Notes under the pieces: model-generated
The model's database searches: none
The model's input: the letters and a program-made list of their open reading frames with translations, nothing else
Told to the model about the DNA's origin: nothing
In this document: positions 47,130-57,883 of the stretch, in pieces
How the letters are laid out: every line of letters begins with the position of its first letter
Numbering within the stretch: the first letter of the stretch is position 1
Assembly (NCBI GenBank): GCA_965603355.1
Contig: CBFDCQ010000001.1
Span: 106,350 to 170,349 of the forward strand
DNA: 64,000 nt
Source of the DNA: an uncultured bacterium
Lineage (GTDB): Bacteria > Hydrogenedentota > CAZGCA01 > CBFDCQ01
Reading direction: 5' to 3'
Program-made: the position numbers and the translations under genes

Positions 47130-48764
47130 ATGGCAGCCAAACAGCTTGTTTTTCAGGAGGAGGCTCGAACGAAGATCCTCAGAGGGATGGAGCAGCTCAG
47201 CAGGGCGGTCAAGGTTACGCTTGGCCCCAAAGGCAGAAACGTCGTGCTCGACAAGAAGTGGGGCGCGCCGACTGTGACGAAGGACGGTGTCACTGTTGCC
47301 AAGGAGATAGAGCTGGAAGACCCGTATGAGAACATGGGCGCCCAGATGGTACGTCAGGTAGCCAGCAAGACGTCCGACGTGGCTGGCGACGGCACGACGA
47401 CCGCGACCGTGCTCGCGGAGGCGATATACAAGGAAGGGCTCAGAAGCGTCACGGCAGGATGCAACCCGATGGCGCTGAAACGTGGCGTGGACAGCGCCGT
47501 TGAGCTCGTCGTCGAAAAACTCGAGAAGATGAGCAAGAAGGTCAAGGACACCACGGAAATACGTCAGGTCGCCGGGATCGCCGCTAACGGCGACGACACC
47601 ATTGGCAAGAAGATAGCCGAGGCGATGGACAAAGTCGGCAAGGACGGGACGATCACCGTGGAAGAGGGCAAGACGATCGAGACCACGCTCGACATCGTGG
47701 AGGGGATGCAGTTCGACAAGGGGTACTTGTCTCCGTACTTTGTCACGAACGCGGAGAACATGGAAGCCCTTCTGGAGGATTGTTACATCCTCATCCATGA
47801 GAAGAAGATCTCGAATATGAAGGACTTGCTGCCGCTCCTCGAGCAGGTTGCCAAAGCGGGCAAGCCGCTGCTGGTTCTTGCGGAGGACGTCGAAGGTGAA
47901 GCGCTCGCTACTCTGGTAGTGAACAAGATTCGCGGCACGTTCCAGGCGGCGGCAGTGAAGGCGCCCGGATTTGGTGACAGGCGCAAGGCGATGCTCGAGG
48001 ACCTCGCCGTCCTAACCGGCGGCAGGGCTATTACCGAAGACCTCGGGATAAACATCGAGAACATAAAGATTCAGGATCTCGGTCGCGCAAAGCGCGTCGT
48101 CATCGGCAAGGATGACACGACGATCATCGAGGGCGCCGGAAGCACGAGCGCGATCAACGGTCGCGTCGCCCAGATACGTAAGCAGATCGAGGAGACCACG
48201 TCCGACTACGATCGCGAGAAACTGCAGGAGCGACTCGCGAAGCTCGTCGGCGGTGTCGCCGTGATCAACGTGGGCGCGGCCACGGAGGTCGAGATGAAAG
48301 AGAAGAAGGCGCGAGTCGAGGATGCTTTGCACGCTACGCGTGCCGCCGTTGAGGAAGGTATCGTCCCGGGCGGTGGTGTGGCTCTGCTCCGTTGTTCTAC
48401 GGCGCTTGACAAGACTGACCTTGAGGAAGATGAGCTTATCGGAGCTCAGATCGTCAAGAGAGCTCTCGAGGAGCCGGTACGACAGCTCGCTTACAACGCC
48501 GGTAAAGAAGGTTCCGTCGTGGTCGAGAAAGTCAAGGCCGAAAAAGGCTCTGTGGGCTACAACGTCGAGAGCGATAAGTACCAGGACATGATCAAGGCGG
48601 GAGTGGTCGATCCTGCTAAGGTCGCCAGAACCGCCTTGCAGAATGCTGCGAGCGTGGCTGGTCTCATGTTGACAACAGAAGCGCTCGTAACCGAAATACC
48701 GGAGAAAGATAAGCCTGCTGCTGCTCCGGCGGCACCGGGCGGTTACGGCGGCGACATGTACTGA
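47130..48764 (+). CDS. groEL: chaperonin GroEL
   Basis: 544 aa: [19 protein letters not shown]...[14 protein letters not shown]...GGYGGDMY, a canonical Cpn60 with a C-terminal GGM-like tail. Confidence 0.97.
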   Translation: MAAKQLVFQEEARTKILRGMEQLSRAVKVTLGPKGRNVVLDKKWGAPTVTKDGVTVAKEIELEDPYENMGAQMVRQVASKTSDVAGDGTTTATVLAEAIYKEGLRSVTAGCNPMALKRGVDSAVELVVEKLEKMSKKVKDTTEIRQVAGIAANGDDTIGKKIAEAMDKVGKDGTITVEEGKTIETTLDIVEGMQFDKGYLSPYFVTNAENMEALLEDCYILIHEKKISNMKDLLPLLEQVAKAGKPLLVLAEDVEGEALATLVVNKIRGTFQAAAVKAPGFGDRRKAMLEDLAVLTGGRAITEDLGINIENIKIQDLGRAKRVVIGKDDTTIIEGAGSTSAINGRVAQIRKQIEETTSDYDREKLQERLAKLVGGVAVINVGAATEVEMKEKKARVEDALHATRAAVEEGIVPGGGVALLRCSTALDKTDLEEDELIGAQIVKRALEEPVRQLAYNAGKEGSVVVEKVKAEKGSVGYNVESDKYQDMIKAGVVDPAKVARTALQNAASVAGLMLTTEALVTEIPEKDKPAAAPAAPGGYGGDMY

Positions 48765-49050
48765 TGGCGCCAGCAGCGTAGTGTCATCAGCACACGCATA
48801 TGACAACACAAGGGCGCGTTTCGCCCGGAGAACTGCACGTGAGTGAGGTCTCCGGGCAAACCGCCTTGTTTATAGCGTCGCAAGGATCCCTGTCAGACTC
48901 ACGCTTCGCTGAGAGACAGGCCCGGAACGCAGATTCGAGCTGCGTACAATAATGCGACGAGTGGAAACGTTGTTCCTGATGTAACACGCACAGTGAGCCG
49001 GGCTCGCTTCGCGGACCTCGCAGGACTCGGGGTCTTGTAAGGGCTGAACG

Positions 49051-50004
49051 ATGATAAAGACCGAAAACCTCACCAAGTACTACGGTAGATTCCCGGCCAT
49101 CGAGAATGTCAGTTTCAGCGCTGAGAAGGGCGAGATTCTCGGATTTCTCGGACCGAACGCCGCCGGAAAAACGACGACAATGCGGATCCTGACCTGCTTT
49201 TTCCCGCCGACATCCGGCCAGGCGACGGTCGCTGGATATGATGTGTTCGCCGACTCGCTCGAGGTTCGCAGGCGGATAGGCTACCTGCCCGAGACCGTTC
49301 CCCTCTATTTGGAGATGGTCGCGTCCAGCTACCTCAGCTTCGTTGCTGAAGTGAAGGGCTTGAAGGGAAGCGAGCGAAAAGCGCAGGTTGGCAAGTTGAT
49401 CGAACAGTGCGGTCTCCAGGACGCCCAGCACAGGATCATCAAACATCTCTCCAAAGGTTACCGTCAGCGGATCGGGATCGCGCAGGCGCTGTTGCACGAT
49501 CCGGAAGTGCTGATCCTCGATGAGCCCACAATCGGGCTCGACCCCAAGCAGATCATTGAGATACGGCGGCTTATAAAAAGTCTCGGTGGTGAACGCACCG
49601 TCATTCTCAGCACCCACACCTTGCCCGAAGCCAGTATGGTATGCGAGCGCGTCGTGATCATCAACCGGGGACGGATCGTCGCGCAGGGGACCCCGGAGTC
49701 ATTGAACACGCAGCTCGAGAAATCCGCACGGGTGCAGATTCAAGTCGAAGGGCCGACGAGCTCTGTCCGGGAAGGTCTTGAGGAGGTTGCGGGTGTTACG
49801 GGTGTCACCGTTCAAGAAGAGGGCGATGGCCGACCCGGGTCTTTCCTCGTGGAATCGAGGCGAGACAAGGATGTGCGCAAAGAACTCGCAAGAATGGTAC
49901 ACGAGCGCGGATGGGGCCTCGTGGAGATGAAATCCGTCGGCATGAGCCTCGAAGACATATACATCAGAGTCCTGACTCGCGACGAGGAGGTTTCCGAGCG
50001 ATGA
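49051..50004 (+). CDS. ABC transporter ATP-binding protein (GldA-like, ABC-2 type)
   Basis: Walker A GPNAAGKTT, signature LSKGYRQRIGIAQAL, Walker B LILDEPT. Confidence 0.9.
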   Translation: MIKTENLTKYYGRFPAIENVSFSAEKGEILGFLGPNAAGKTTTMRILTCFFPPTSGQATVAGYDVFADSLEVRRRIGYLPETVPLYLEMVASSYLSFVAEVKGLKGSERKAQVGKLIEQCGLQDAQHRIIKHLSKGYRQRIGIAQALLHDPEVLILDEPTIGLDPKQIIEIRRLIKSLGGERTVILSTHTLPEASMVCERVVIINRGRIVAQGTPESLNTQLEKSARVQIQVEGPTSSVREGLEEVAGVTGVTVQEEGDGRPGSFLVESRRDKDVRKELARMVHERGWGLVEMKSVGMSLEDIYIRVLTRDEEVSER

Positions 50005-50771
50005 GTAATCTGTTCTCCATATATAAGCGCGAGCTGAAAGCGTACTTCGCGTCGCCGGTCGCTTACGTTGTGTTAGTTATTTTCCTGATCATCACCGGCT
50101 ACTTCTTCACGTCGGTAGTACAGGCTTTCGCCAAGTACTCGGTGACATCACAGTACAACCCTTACGGTGCGCCCGAGATGAATCTGACGGCGATTCTCGG
50201 CGACTATTTCTTTGGGAATATGACGGTATGGATACTGTTCGTGCTACCTCTATTATCAATGAGGCTGTTCAGCGAGGAAAAGCGACAGGGGACGATGGAG
50301 CTGCTGTTCACCTATCCGATTCGCGACTGGGAAACCGTGCTTGGGAAGTACTTCGCGTGCGTTACCGTCTTCGCGCTGATGTTGGTGATGAGTATGGTAA
50401 ACATGGCGATCCTTGAGAAGTACGGAGAGCTGGAATTTGGTCTTATCTTCAGCGCATATCTGGGGCTGTTTCTCATGGGGACGGCATTCCTCGCGACAGG
50501 CACGTTCATCTCCTCGCTCACCGAGAATCAGGTTGTTGCGGCCGTGGGAACATTCGGCACTTTGCTCCTGTTATGGGTATTGCACTACATGTCGGGCACC
50601 GTCCGACCCGGACTTGGCCGTTTCCTGGAGGAAGCATCCATTATCAGGCGCTACAGCGATTTCGGAAAGGGCATCATAATGATCGAGAACGTTTCATACT
50701 ACATATTGTTTGGAGCCTTCTTCCTCTTTCTGACGTTGAGAGCGCTTGAGTCGAAAAAGTGGAGGGGTTGA
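50001..50771 (+). CDS. ABC-2 family transporter permease (GldF-like)
   Basis: The start MSNLFSIYKREL at 50001 overlaps the ATPase stop (ATGA). Six TM helices. Confidence 0.8.
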   Translation: MSNLFSIYKRELKAYFASPVAYVVLVIFLIITGYFFTSVVQAFAKYSVTSQYNPYGAPEMNLTAILGDYFFGNMTVWILFVLPLLSMRLFSEEKRQGTMELLFTYPIRDWETVLGKYFACVTVFALMLVMSMVNMAILEKYGELEFGLIFSAYLGLFLMGTAFLATGTFISSLTENQVVAAVGTFGTLLLLWVLHYMSGTVRPGLGRFLEEASIIRRYSDFGKGIIMIENVSYYILFGAFFLFLTLRALESKKWRG

Positions 50772-50775
50772 ACCC

Positions 50776-52368
50776 ATGAAGGAGATGTCTCGCGCGGCGG
50801 GCATTGTTGGCCTGGCAGCACTTGTGGTTGGCGGCATCTTGTACGCTTTGCAGGCGCGGTTCGGCCCGGCTGTGATTGCCTTACTCGTAGCGGGAGCGGC
50901 GCTGGTATTGGTATTTGTCGTGCTCAACTTCGGCCTGGTGATAGCGGCGCTGAGGAAACGCTCGACCGTGTACGGTATTAACCTTGCCGTCGTTATCCTG
51001 GTGGTGTTGGCTATCCTGGTCTTCATCCAGCTCATAATCATGCATACCAAAGCGCTCAACCGTCGGTTCGATCTCACCGAAGCGAAGGTATACAGCCTTT
51101 CCGCTCAGACTATAAAGATTCTCCAATCGCTCGGACAGGACGTGAAAGTAACCGGATTCTACCGCGAGCAGAGTGACAAGAGTGAGATGGAAGATCTTCT
51201 GGAGAACTATAGCCGGTACTCACCGAGCTTCACCTACGAGCTTCTTGACCTTGACCGCTCGCCCATGAGGGCCCAAGAGCTCGATATAAAGAGTTACAAT
51301 ACGGCGGTTGTCCAGTGCAGCGACAAGAAGGAGGAGCTTAGCTTCGCCAGTCCAGAGGAGCAAAGCCTGACGAACGCCGTCATAAGGGTGACGCGCGAGG
51401 GCGAGAAAATTGTCTACTTCACTTCGGGTCACGGCGAGAGGAGCATTTCCGGCACGGGAGACGACGGCGCGGTAAACTTTAAGAACGCCATCGAAAAAGC
51501 GGCGTACAAGGTCAAGGAAATCGTTATAGCCAGAGAAAGAGGCGGGATCCCGGCGGAGTGCTCAGCTCTTGTTGTTGCCGGACCCAACGCGCAGTTTTTC
51601 CCCTTTGAGCTAGAGCAAATAGAGCGGTATGTGTTGGAAGGCGGTCGCGTGCTGATCATGCTCGATCCCGAGACGGCGCCCGGATTCGTGGCGTTTCTTG
51701 ATAAGTACGGAGTGATCGTCGGCAATGACTACGTCCTGGATGAGAACCCGGTGGGGCAGGCCCTGGGCATCAGCAGCTTCTTCGCGCCGCTCGTGACCGA
51801 GTACTCCGCAAAGCACGAGATAACAAGCGAATTCAATCTCGGTTGTGTCCTTCCTTTGGCGAGATCTGTCCAAGTGAAGGAGAATCTCGAAGGCGGTGTC
51901 CAAGGAGAATGGATTGCCCGTACAAGCGACATGAGCTGGGGCGAGACCAATCTCGCACTGCTCAAACGTGGCGTGCCGGCGACGTATAATCCCGGAAGCG
52001 ACGTGATGGGGCCCGTGCAGGTGGCTGTGGCAATGACCATAGACACAGGACCGTCCGGGGCAACCGGTACTTCAGAGGGGCAAGGCGACCAGCCACGGCA
52101 GGCGCGACTCGTCGCGATAGGGGATTCTGATATGGCCGGCAACCGGTACGGGGTGCCGGCAAGCACCAATTTCTTGCTTAACGCTATCGCCTGGCTCGTC
52201 GAGGAGGAAGACTTGATCTCCATTATGCCCAAAGAGAGAAAGAGTTCCCCTCTGATGCTCTCACAAAAAGGCTATAGAGTCCTGTTCCTCTTCCCCATTG
52301 TCCTCGTGCCCGGCAGTGTGATCCTGGCGGGCGGATTCGTGTACCTGACCAGGAGGAAGCATAGATGA
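50776..52368 (+). CDS. GldG-like ABC-transport auxiliary component
   Basis: N-terminal and C-terminal TM anchors flank a large periplasmic domain. The start is taken at MKEMSRAAG (50776), 4 nt after the permease stop. This architecture is typical of the Gldg family. Confidence 0.7.
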   Translation: MKEMSRAAGIVGLAALVVGGILYALQARFGPAVIALLVAGAALVLVFVVLNFGLVIAALRKRSTVYGINLAVVILVVLAILVFIQLIIMHTKALNRRFDLTEAKVYSLSAQTIKILQSLGQDVKVTGFYREQSDKSEMEDLLENYSRYSPSFTYELLDLDRSPMRAQELDIKSYNTAVVQCSDKKEELSFASPEEQSLTNAVIRVTREGEKIVYFTSGHGERSISGTGDDGAVNFKNAIEKAAYKVKEIVIARERGGIPAECSALVVAGPNAQFFPFELEQIERYVLEGGRVLIMLDPETAPGFVAFLDKYGVIVGNDYVLDENPVGQALGISSFFAPLVTEYSAKHEITSEFNLGCVLPLARSVQVKENLEGGVQGEWIARTSDMSWGETNLALLKRGVPATYNPGSDVMGPVQVAVAMTIDTGPSGATGTSEGQGDQPRQARLVAIGDSDMAGNRYGVPASTNFLLNAIAWLVEEEDLISIMPKERKSSPLMLSQKGYRVLFLFPIVLVPGSVILAGGFVYLTRRKHR

Positions 52369-54188
52369 ACCCCAAGCAGAACATTATCAAGACGTTGGTT
52401 CTGATCGTGATTCTGTGCGGGCTCGGCTTGTACTATCGCGTACACGTGCGAGAGGGAGGCAAAAGACGGCAGGAGGCTGAGGAAGAGGCGAAGAAGGTGT
52501 TTCAGATTGACAGAGACAAGGTCGGCGAATTTCGTCTCGCACGTGCAAACGAGGAGGAGATCGTCTGCAAGAAAACCGACGACAGATGGCTCATCGAGAA
52601 ACCGGTCCAGACTGACGCCGACCAGAACGCCGTCAACAGGGTTGTGAGCGAGTTCGTGGATGCGAAAAGGACTCGAACCGTCGAAGAGGCGCCGGACAAG
52701 CTCGTACCGTATGGGCTGGACAAACCTTCCCTGACACTTTCCGCCGTGGTCGAGGAGCGGGACGAGCCCGCGACGATTCTGTTCGGCGAAGAGAACCCCG
52801 GCAAGACCGCCTTTTACGCCAAGACGGCGGCCGAGGAGCCCGTATTCCTTGTCCAGTCGCACACGAAAAGGAGCTTGGATAAAGCGCTGTTCGACCTGCG
52901 AGATAAGAAGCTTGCGGACTTCCAGAAGGACGGCGTTCGGGCGTTACAACTCGAACGCGGCGAGTCAAAGGTCGATCTCGAGAAACGCGATGACGGAACG
53001 TGGATTATGACCGAGCCTCTGAAGACGAGGGCGGATGCCACCGAGATTGACAAGATAATAGACAAGGTACAGACGGGAAGGATCAAGGAGTTCGTCAACG
53101 AAGAGCCCGAGAATCTTGTACAGTACGGTCTGGATTCACCCGAGATCAAACTGACCCTGCTTGTCGATGACGACAGGGCGAGCAAGACCCTGCTCATAGG
53201 GAGGAAGAACGAAGATAAGGAAGGCTATTACGCCAAACGTGCTGAGCAGACGAACGTGTTTGTTCTCGAACAGGACGTCGTAGACGCTCTACCCGAGAAA
53301 GTCGAAATCCTGCGTGACCGCAGTCTGCTTGCCTTGAACACCGGCGACGTCCGCAAGTTGCAGTACGTTACGGAGGAAGAGGAATTCGTGCTGGCGACAA
53401 ACGACGAGGGCGCTTGGGAGCTCAAGAAGCCGGTTGAGGAGAAGGCGGACGATCTCCAGGTGAACGACCTCATTACGGATTTGAAGAACATCAACGCGAA
53501 TGAGCTTCTTGATGAGGAGAAAGAAGAGTTTGGGCTGACGAAGCCGCAGATAACCGCGAAGCTGTGGAAGAAAGCCGAGGAGGCGCCGATCGTCGTGACA
53601 ATTGGGACGACGGACGAGGAGAAGAACCTCGTGTATGCTCGAAACATGGACGGTCATCCGGTGGCGTTTGATATTGGTGAGCTTGCCAAGGTACGGAAGA
53701 CGCTGTTCGACTTTCGCGACAAGAAGCTCGTCTCGTTTAACCAGACTGACGTCCTGAGAATGGCTGTCCGGTGCGCCGAGCATGAACTCGTGGTCGTCCA
53801 GAAGGATGACAGGTGGGTGCCGGAGAAACCGGAGCAGTTCAAGATCGGCAACCAGGGCGACGTTGATGGTCTGGTCCGGGCGATAGCCTACGTGACGATG
53901 ACAGAGATCGTCGAGGAGGAAAAACCGGAAAACCTCGCCGACTACGGTTTGGACAAACCGCGAGCCGAGTTCTCGGTCCAGTTGACGGGCGAAGAGAGCG
54001 TCGGCCCCTTCCTAATAGGCGACTTCCGCGACAATGGTGTCTACGTCGTGACCGAGGGTAAACCGGGCGTATATCTTGTCGAGGAAATTCTCCTGGACGA
54101 TATGAGACGCACACTTGGCGCAATCCTCAACGAGAACCTGCCGCCCCTCCTCAAACCGCAGGAAGGGCAAGAGCCGGGACCCGAATAG
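52365..54188 (+). CDS. DUF4340 domain-containing protein (GldG-associated)
   Basis: N-terminal TM followed by repeated ~100-aa modules (RWLIEKP.., TWIMTEP.., AWELKKP.., RWVPEKP..). It overlaps the GldG-like stop by 4 nt. Confidence 0.65.
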   Translation: MNPKQNIIKTLVLIVILCGLGLYYRVHVREGGKRRQEAEEEAKKVFQIDRDKVGEFRLARANEEEIVCKKTDDRWLIEKPVQTDADQNAVNRVVSEFVDAKRTRTVEEAPDKLVPYGLDKPSLTLSAVVEERDEPATILFGEENPGKTAFYAKTAAEEPVFLVQSHTKRSLDKALFDLRDKKLADFQKDGVRALQLERGESKVDLEKRDDGTWIMTEPLKTRADATEIDKIIDKVQTGRIKEFVNEEPENLVQYGLDSPEIKLTLLVDDDRASKTLLIGRKNEDKEGYYAKRAEQTNVFVLEQDVVDALPEKVEILRDRSLLALNTGDVRKLQYVTEEEEFVLATNDEGAWELKKPVEEKADDLQVNDLITDLKNINANELLDEEKEEFGLTKPQITAKLWKKAEEAPIVVTIGTTDEEKNLVYARNMDGHPVAFDIGELAKVRKTLFDFRDKKLVSFNQTDVLRMAVRCAEHELVVVQKDDRWVPEKPEQFKIGNQGDVDGLVRAIAYVTMTEIVEEEKPENLADYGLDKPRAEFSVQLTGEESVGPFLIGDFRDNGVYVVTEGKPGVYLVEEILLDDMRRTLGAILNENLPPLLKPQEGQEPGPE

Positions 54189-54365
54189 CTCGCTGCCTGA
54201 GATTTGCTTACCATCCTGGCGTGGCACGGATTCCCACCTGTGTGACATCCCCGGAAGCCCACAGGACGAATCTTGTGCCACCAATAGTCCTGGTGGCGCA
54301 ACATTCCGCGGGCGGGAATCGAGCCTGAGAAACGGGACGTCCGAGCGATGACGGCGCACTCCCAC

Positions 54366-54393
54366 TTGACAAAACCGAGAGCTTCCGTATAAT
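54366..54393 (+). promoter_or_regulatory. sigma-70 promoter TTGACA-N16-TATAAT upstream of the UDPGP-family gene
   Basis: TTGACA is at 54366-54371 and TATAAT at 54388-54393, ~58 nt before the ATG at 54451. Confidence 0.5.
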
Positions 54394-54450
54394 GCTTCAC
54401 GTCGGGCAGGTTGAGGAATGATATCGCGGAACTAAGAGGCGGATACTCCT

Positions 54451-55878
54451 ATGACGGTCGATCCACGGGAAGAAGGCCGGCTGGTCGATGCCACGAAAGA
54501 AGCCGGGCAGGAACATATATTCCGCTGGTGGGACGAACTTGGTGAGAGCGATAGGGACGGGCTCTTGGCTCAGGTTAAGTCCATAGACTTCAAGCTGCTT
54601 AGCCGACTCGTCACCTCACTTCTTCATGACGAAGAACCCTCGCACTGTGAGGGGACGCTGGAGACCGCCGAGGTTATCCGAGTGCCGAGAACCGACGAGG
54701 AGCGACAGGCGGAGAAACGAGCCAGAGAGCGCGGCGAGGAACTGCTCGCAGAGGGTAAGGTATGCGCCGTGCTTGTGGCCGGCGGTCAAGCCACGAGAAT
54801 GGGCTGTGACGGCCCGAAAGGTGTCGTGCCGATAGGACCTATCAGCGGCAAGAGCTTCTTTGAACTTTACGCTGAGATTATTCGGGCAATCGAGCGGAGG
54901 TACGGCGCGGTCTTGCCGTGGTACATGATGACCAGCGTAACTAATGATGAGCAAACCAAACGGTTTTTCGAAGATCACGACTATTTCGGGATATTGCCCG
55001 CGAATGTCCGCTTTGTCATGCAGGACATGCTGCCGGCGGTCGATTTCTCGGGCAAGATCATCATGGACTCCAAGAGCCACATCTTCATGAGCCCGACGGG
55101 ACACGGCGCATCGCTGAGAATGCTTCACGACCGAGGCGCGATAGCTGACATGAAATCGCGCGGGCTTGAGCTCATCTACCACTTCCAGGTCGACAACCCG
55201 CTGATTGCGCTCGCCGACCCGGTCTTTTTAGGGTACCACGACCTGAACGGCGCCGAGATGTCGTCCAAGATGGTGGACAAGAACTCGCCGACCGAGGGGG
55301 TCGGAATAGCGTGCATCAAGGACGGCAAGAACGTCGTGATCGAGTACAGTGACCTCGACAAAAAGATGGCGAACGAACGAACGCCGGACGGACGGTTCCG
55401 GTTCTGGCCCGGGAACATCGCGCAGCACGTGATTAACGTGAGCTTCGTGGAGCGGATGAGACCGATCGCTGACACAATGCCGTTTCACGTGGCCAGAAAG
55501 AAAGTGCCCTACGTTAACGAGCGCGGCGAACGCTGCGTTCCCGACGAGGTGAACGGCGTGAAGTTCGAGAGCTTCGTATTTGACGCGCTTCCCTACGCAA
55601 AGAAGATCGTGCACATGGAAATCGTCCGTGAGAACGAGTACTGTCCGGTTAAGACCCTGAACGGACATGATTCGCCGGACGTCGCGAAGCAGTTTATGAG
55701 TAACGTGTGCGGACGCTGGCTTGAGTCAGCCGGAGTCAAGGTTCCAAGGAATGCCTCCGGCACCGTAACTGCGCGAATAGAGATAAACCCTCTATACGCG
55801 CTGGACGAGGAAGAGCTCGCTCGTAAGGTTGACCGGAATCTGGTTGTGGGCGATGAACTCTACCTTTCAGAGAACTAG
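54451..55878 (+). CDS. UDPGP-family UTP:sugar-1-phosphate uridylyltransferase (UDP-GlcNAc / UDP-sugar pyrophosphorylase-like)
   Basis: Nucleotide-binding loop LVAGGQATRMG and the conserved NDEQTKRFFEDH..., HGASL, FQVDNPL motifs of the eukaryote-type UDP-sugar pyrophosphorylase family. Confidence 0.75.
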   Translation: MTVDPREEGRLVDATKEAGQEHIFRWWDELGESDRDGLLAQVKSIDFKLLSRLVTSLLHDEEPSHCEGTLETAEVIRVPRTDEERQAEKRARERGEELLAEGKVCAVLVAGGQATRMGCDGPKGVVPIGPISGKSFFELYAEIIRAIERRYGAVLPWYMMTSVTNDEQTKRFFEDHDYFGILPANVRFVMQDMLPAVDFSGKIIMDSKSHIFMSPTGHGASLRMLHDRGAIADMKSRGLELIYHFQVDNPLIALADPVFLGYHDLNGAEMSSKMVDKNSPTEGVGIACIKDGKNVVIEYSDLDKKMANERTPDGRFRFWPGNIAQHVINVSFVERMRPIADTMPFHVARKKVPYVNERGERCVPDEVNGVKFESFVFDALPYAKKIVHMEIVRENEYCPVKTLNGHDSPDVAKQFMSNVCGRWLESAGVKVPRNASGTVTARIEINPLYALDEEELARKVDRNLVVGDELYLSEN

Positions 55879-55903
55879 AGCGGCACGGGAGAGAAAGACT
55901 GTG

Positions 55904-56185
55904 AGACTACATGGTAGTGAATCCAGGACGCATCTTACTAGACTATGGCATTTGGCGCTGGTTTTTGGTATCCTTGTCGGTGTTGTGGGTTGCCACAGTG
56001 CAGTCTATAACACGTATTCCGTCCCCGGCGAGACTGCCGGCGGTGGTTTGAGATACTACAATAACTCATTCCCCCGCGGCGAAAAGCCGGATCCGTGGGA
56101 GGGACAAGGTCAGGAATCGGTCGAACCTGAACGGGAAGAAGATGCCGAAAAAGAAGAAGCAACAGGTTCGTCAGCGACCCCGTAG
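55904..56185 (+). CDS. possible small lipoprotein (GTG start; lipobox VVGC), Gly- and acidic-rich
   Basis: n-region VRLHGSESRTHLTR, h-region LWHLALVFGILVGVVG, then Cys. GGGAGAG lies 8 nt upstream of the GTG. Its 3' end overlaps the next ORF out of frame. Confidence 0.3.
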   Translation, partial: RLHGSESRTHLTRLWHLALVFGILVGVVGCHSAVYNTYSVPGETAGGGLRYYNNSFPRGEKPDPWEGQGQESVEPEREEDAEKEEATGSSATP

Positions 56186-56576
56186 CGGACGCGCGGCGCC
56201 GGTAAGACCAACGGCAGCCGACCAACTGCCTACGGACGAGATTTTCGACGGGCTCAGAGACAGGAGCCTGGCGCGAAGCGCCGCCGTCAAGCGGCTGCTC
56301 GAGCTGGACTGTATAGATGTGCTTCAGTTTCTTGACCTGTCGTGGGTGCACACCGTGGCGAACACCGGTCGGCCGGAATTCATCGGCAAGAGGACGAATT
56401 TCGCTTTCGATATAAGCGAATTCTCACATGATGAAATAGTGCTTTTCAGAGACTGGCTCACCGGTGCTCTTCATGATGACGCCATTTCCGTGGAGCTCCT
56501 GCAGAGATTCGTCTCAGTCGCTGCAACCGCGTTGAGAATCTGGATTAGCGATAAACGGGTGGATTCTCTCGTATGA
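56142..56576 (+). CDS. hypothetical protein with a Lys/Arg-rich N-terminus
   Basis: 144-aa ORF with a helical, non-repetitive composition. It overlaps the candidate lipoprotein by 44 nt in another frame. No family recognised. Confidence 0.35.
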   Translation: MPKKKKQQVRQRPRSGRAAPVRPTAADQLPTDEIFDGLRDRSLARSAAVKRLLELDCIDVLQFLDLSWVHTVANTGRPEFIGKRTNFAFDISEFSHDEIVLFRDWLTGALHDDAISVELLQRFVSVAATALRIWISDKRVDSLV

Positions 56577-56734
56577 GGCGTATCGTCTCGGCTATTGGAC
56601 CTCCTGTTGACAGCGTATCAGCAATCGAAGGTAGGCTGGGCGTCTCGTCCAAGATGCGCTGAGGAGAACCCGCCGTCCCAACCTCCTCAAGGACGAGCCT
56701 TACCTTGCCTCTGCATTGTGCGTCGGTTTGAGGA

Positions 56735-57883
56735 GTGACTTCTTCGGTGAATCTTCGTCTTCTTCATCTCGCAGACCTTCACCTGGGAGCGAACTGCGCG
56801 TTTCTCGGCGAAAAGGCCGGGGAAAGGAAAAAGGATTTCGAGCGCGCGTTCGAGCGCGCCATGGACTTCGCCCGCGACGCGGCGAACGGCATTGATCTGG
56901 TGGTCATCGCAGGCGATCTGTTCGACTCGCACAGGCCGGAACCGAGGCTCGTGGAACTCGTGAGAAGAAAGTTCGCCGCGGTAAGAGAGGCCGGTGTATC
57001 CATTGTGCTTGCACCCGGCACGCACGATACGTCCTCATACAGGGACTGTGTGTACAGGGAGGAGAATCTGGGCGACATCCTCCTGTTGAGCGACGACAGC
57101 GACTGTCCCGTGAGTTTCGAGGTCGGCGACAAGACGGTTCACATATATGGCGCCGTCCGAGGTATCCACTGCCGCGACGTCCCGCTTGACAAAATGTCGC
57201 GCATCTCCGCCGATGGAGTCCACATAGGCGTTATGCACGCAGCGGTCCAACCAACCTCCGGCGTTGACTTCTCGGGGGGCGAGTTGGGCGTCACTTTGCC
57301 CGACCTCGCGAAAACGCGCCTGGATTATATTGCCCTGGGTCATTACCACAACTTCAAGCAGTACCCTGCCGACGGCGTCACGGCAGTCTATCCCGGAACG
57401 CTCGAGGGGAGATCATTCCGCGAGACGGGCGACAGGTATCTTGTCACCGTGACCTTTACTCCGGGAGGACCTGCTGTCGAGAAGACGCGTTTCAACGCAC
57501 GCACGATACGTCAGGAGACTATAGACCTCGACCGGACGCCGTGCTGCGACCAGTCGGAGTTGTGCAACAGAGTGGAAAGCGTCGCGGACAAGGACGCAAT
57601 CGTGGAATTCATCGTCCGCGGCGACGCCGAGTTTTCCTTCAGCACCGCCGCGATTGAGGAGATGTTTGCCGACAAGTTTTTCTATCTCAGGATAGTGGAC
57701 GAGACCCGGGTATACTGCGCGCGGTGGGTGAAACAGTTCCGGGATGAACGCACGGTGCGAGGCATATTTGTCCGCATACTCATCGAGAGAATCGACAACG
57801 CAAGCACGGACGAAGAGAAGAGGCTGCTGGACATGGCGCTCAGATTAGGGTTGACGGAGCTGGCGGGCGACGATGCGGATTGA
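56735..57883 (+). CDS. SbcD/Mre11-like calcineurin-type metallophosphoesterase nuclease
   Basis: LRLLHLADLHLG, VVIAGDLFD, GTHD, and the GHYH phosphoesterase motifs. 382 aa. Confidence 0.8.
   Translation: MTSSVNLRLLHLADLHLGANCAFLGEKAGERKKDFERAFERAMDFARDAANGIDLVVIAGDLFDSHRPEPRLVELVRRKFAAVREAGVSIVLAPGTHDTSSYRDCVYREENLGDILLLSDDSDCPVSFEVGDKTVHIYGAVRGIHCRDVPLDKMSRISADGVHIGVMHAAVQPTSGVDFSGGELGVTLPDLAKTRLDYIALGHYHNFKQYPADGVTAVYPGTLEGRSFRETGDRYLVTVTFTPGGPAVEKTRFNARTIRQETIDLDRTPCCDQSELCNRVESVADKDAIVEFIVRGDAEFSFSTAAIEEMFADKFFYLRIVDETRVYCARWVKQFRDERTVRGIFVRILIERIDNASTDEEKRLLDMALRLGLTELAGDDAD

Noticed and set aside
48787-49617. 276-aa minus-strand ORF, and 48012..48809 (265 aa)
   Set aside because: Antisense to the ABC ATPase gene and groEL respectively, which have unambiguous conserved motifs.
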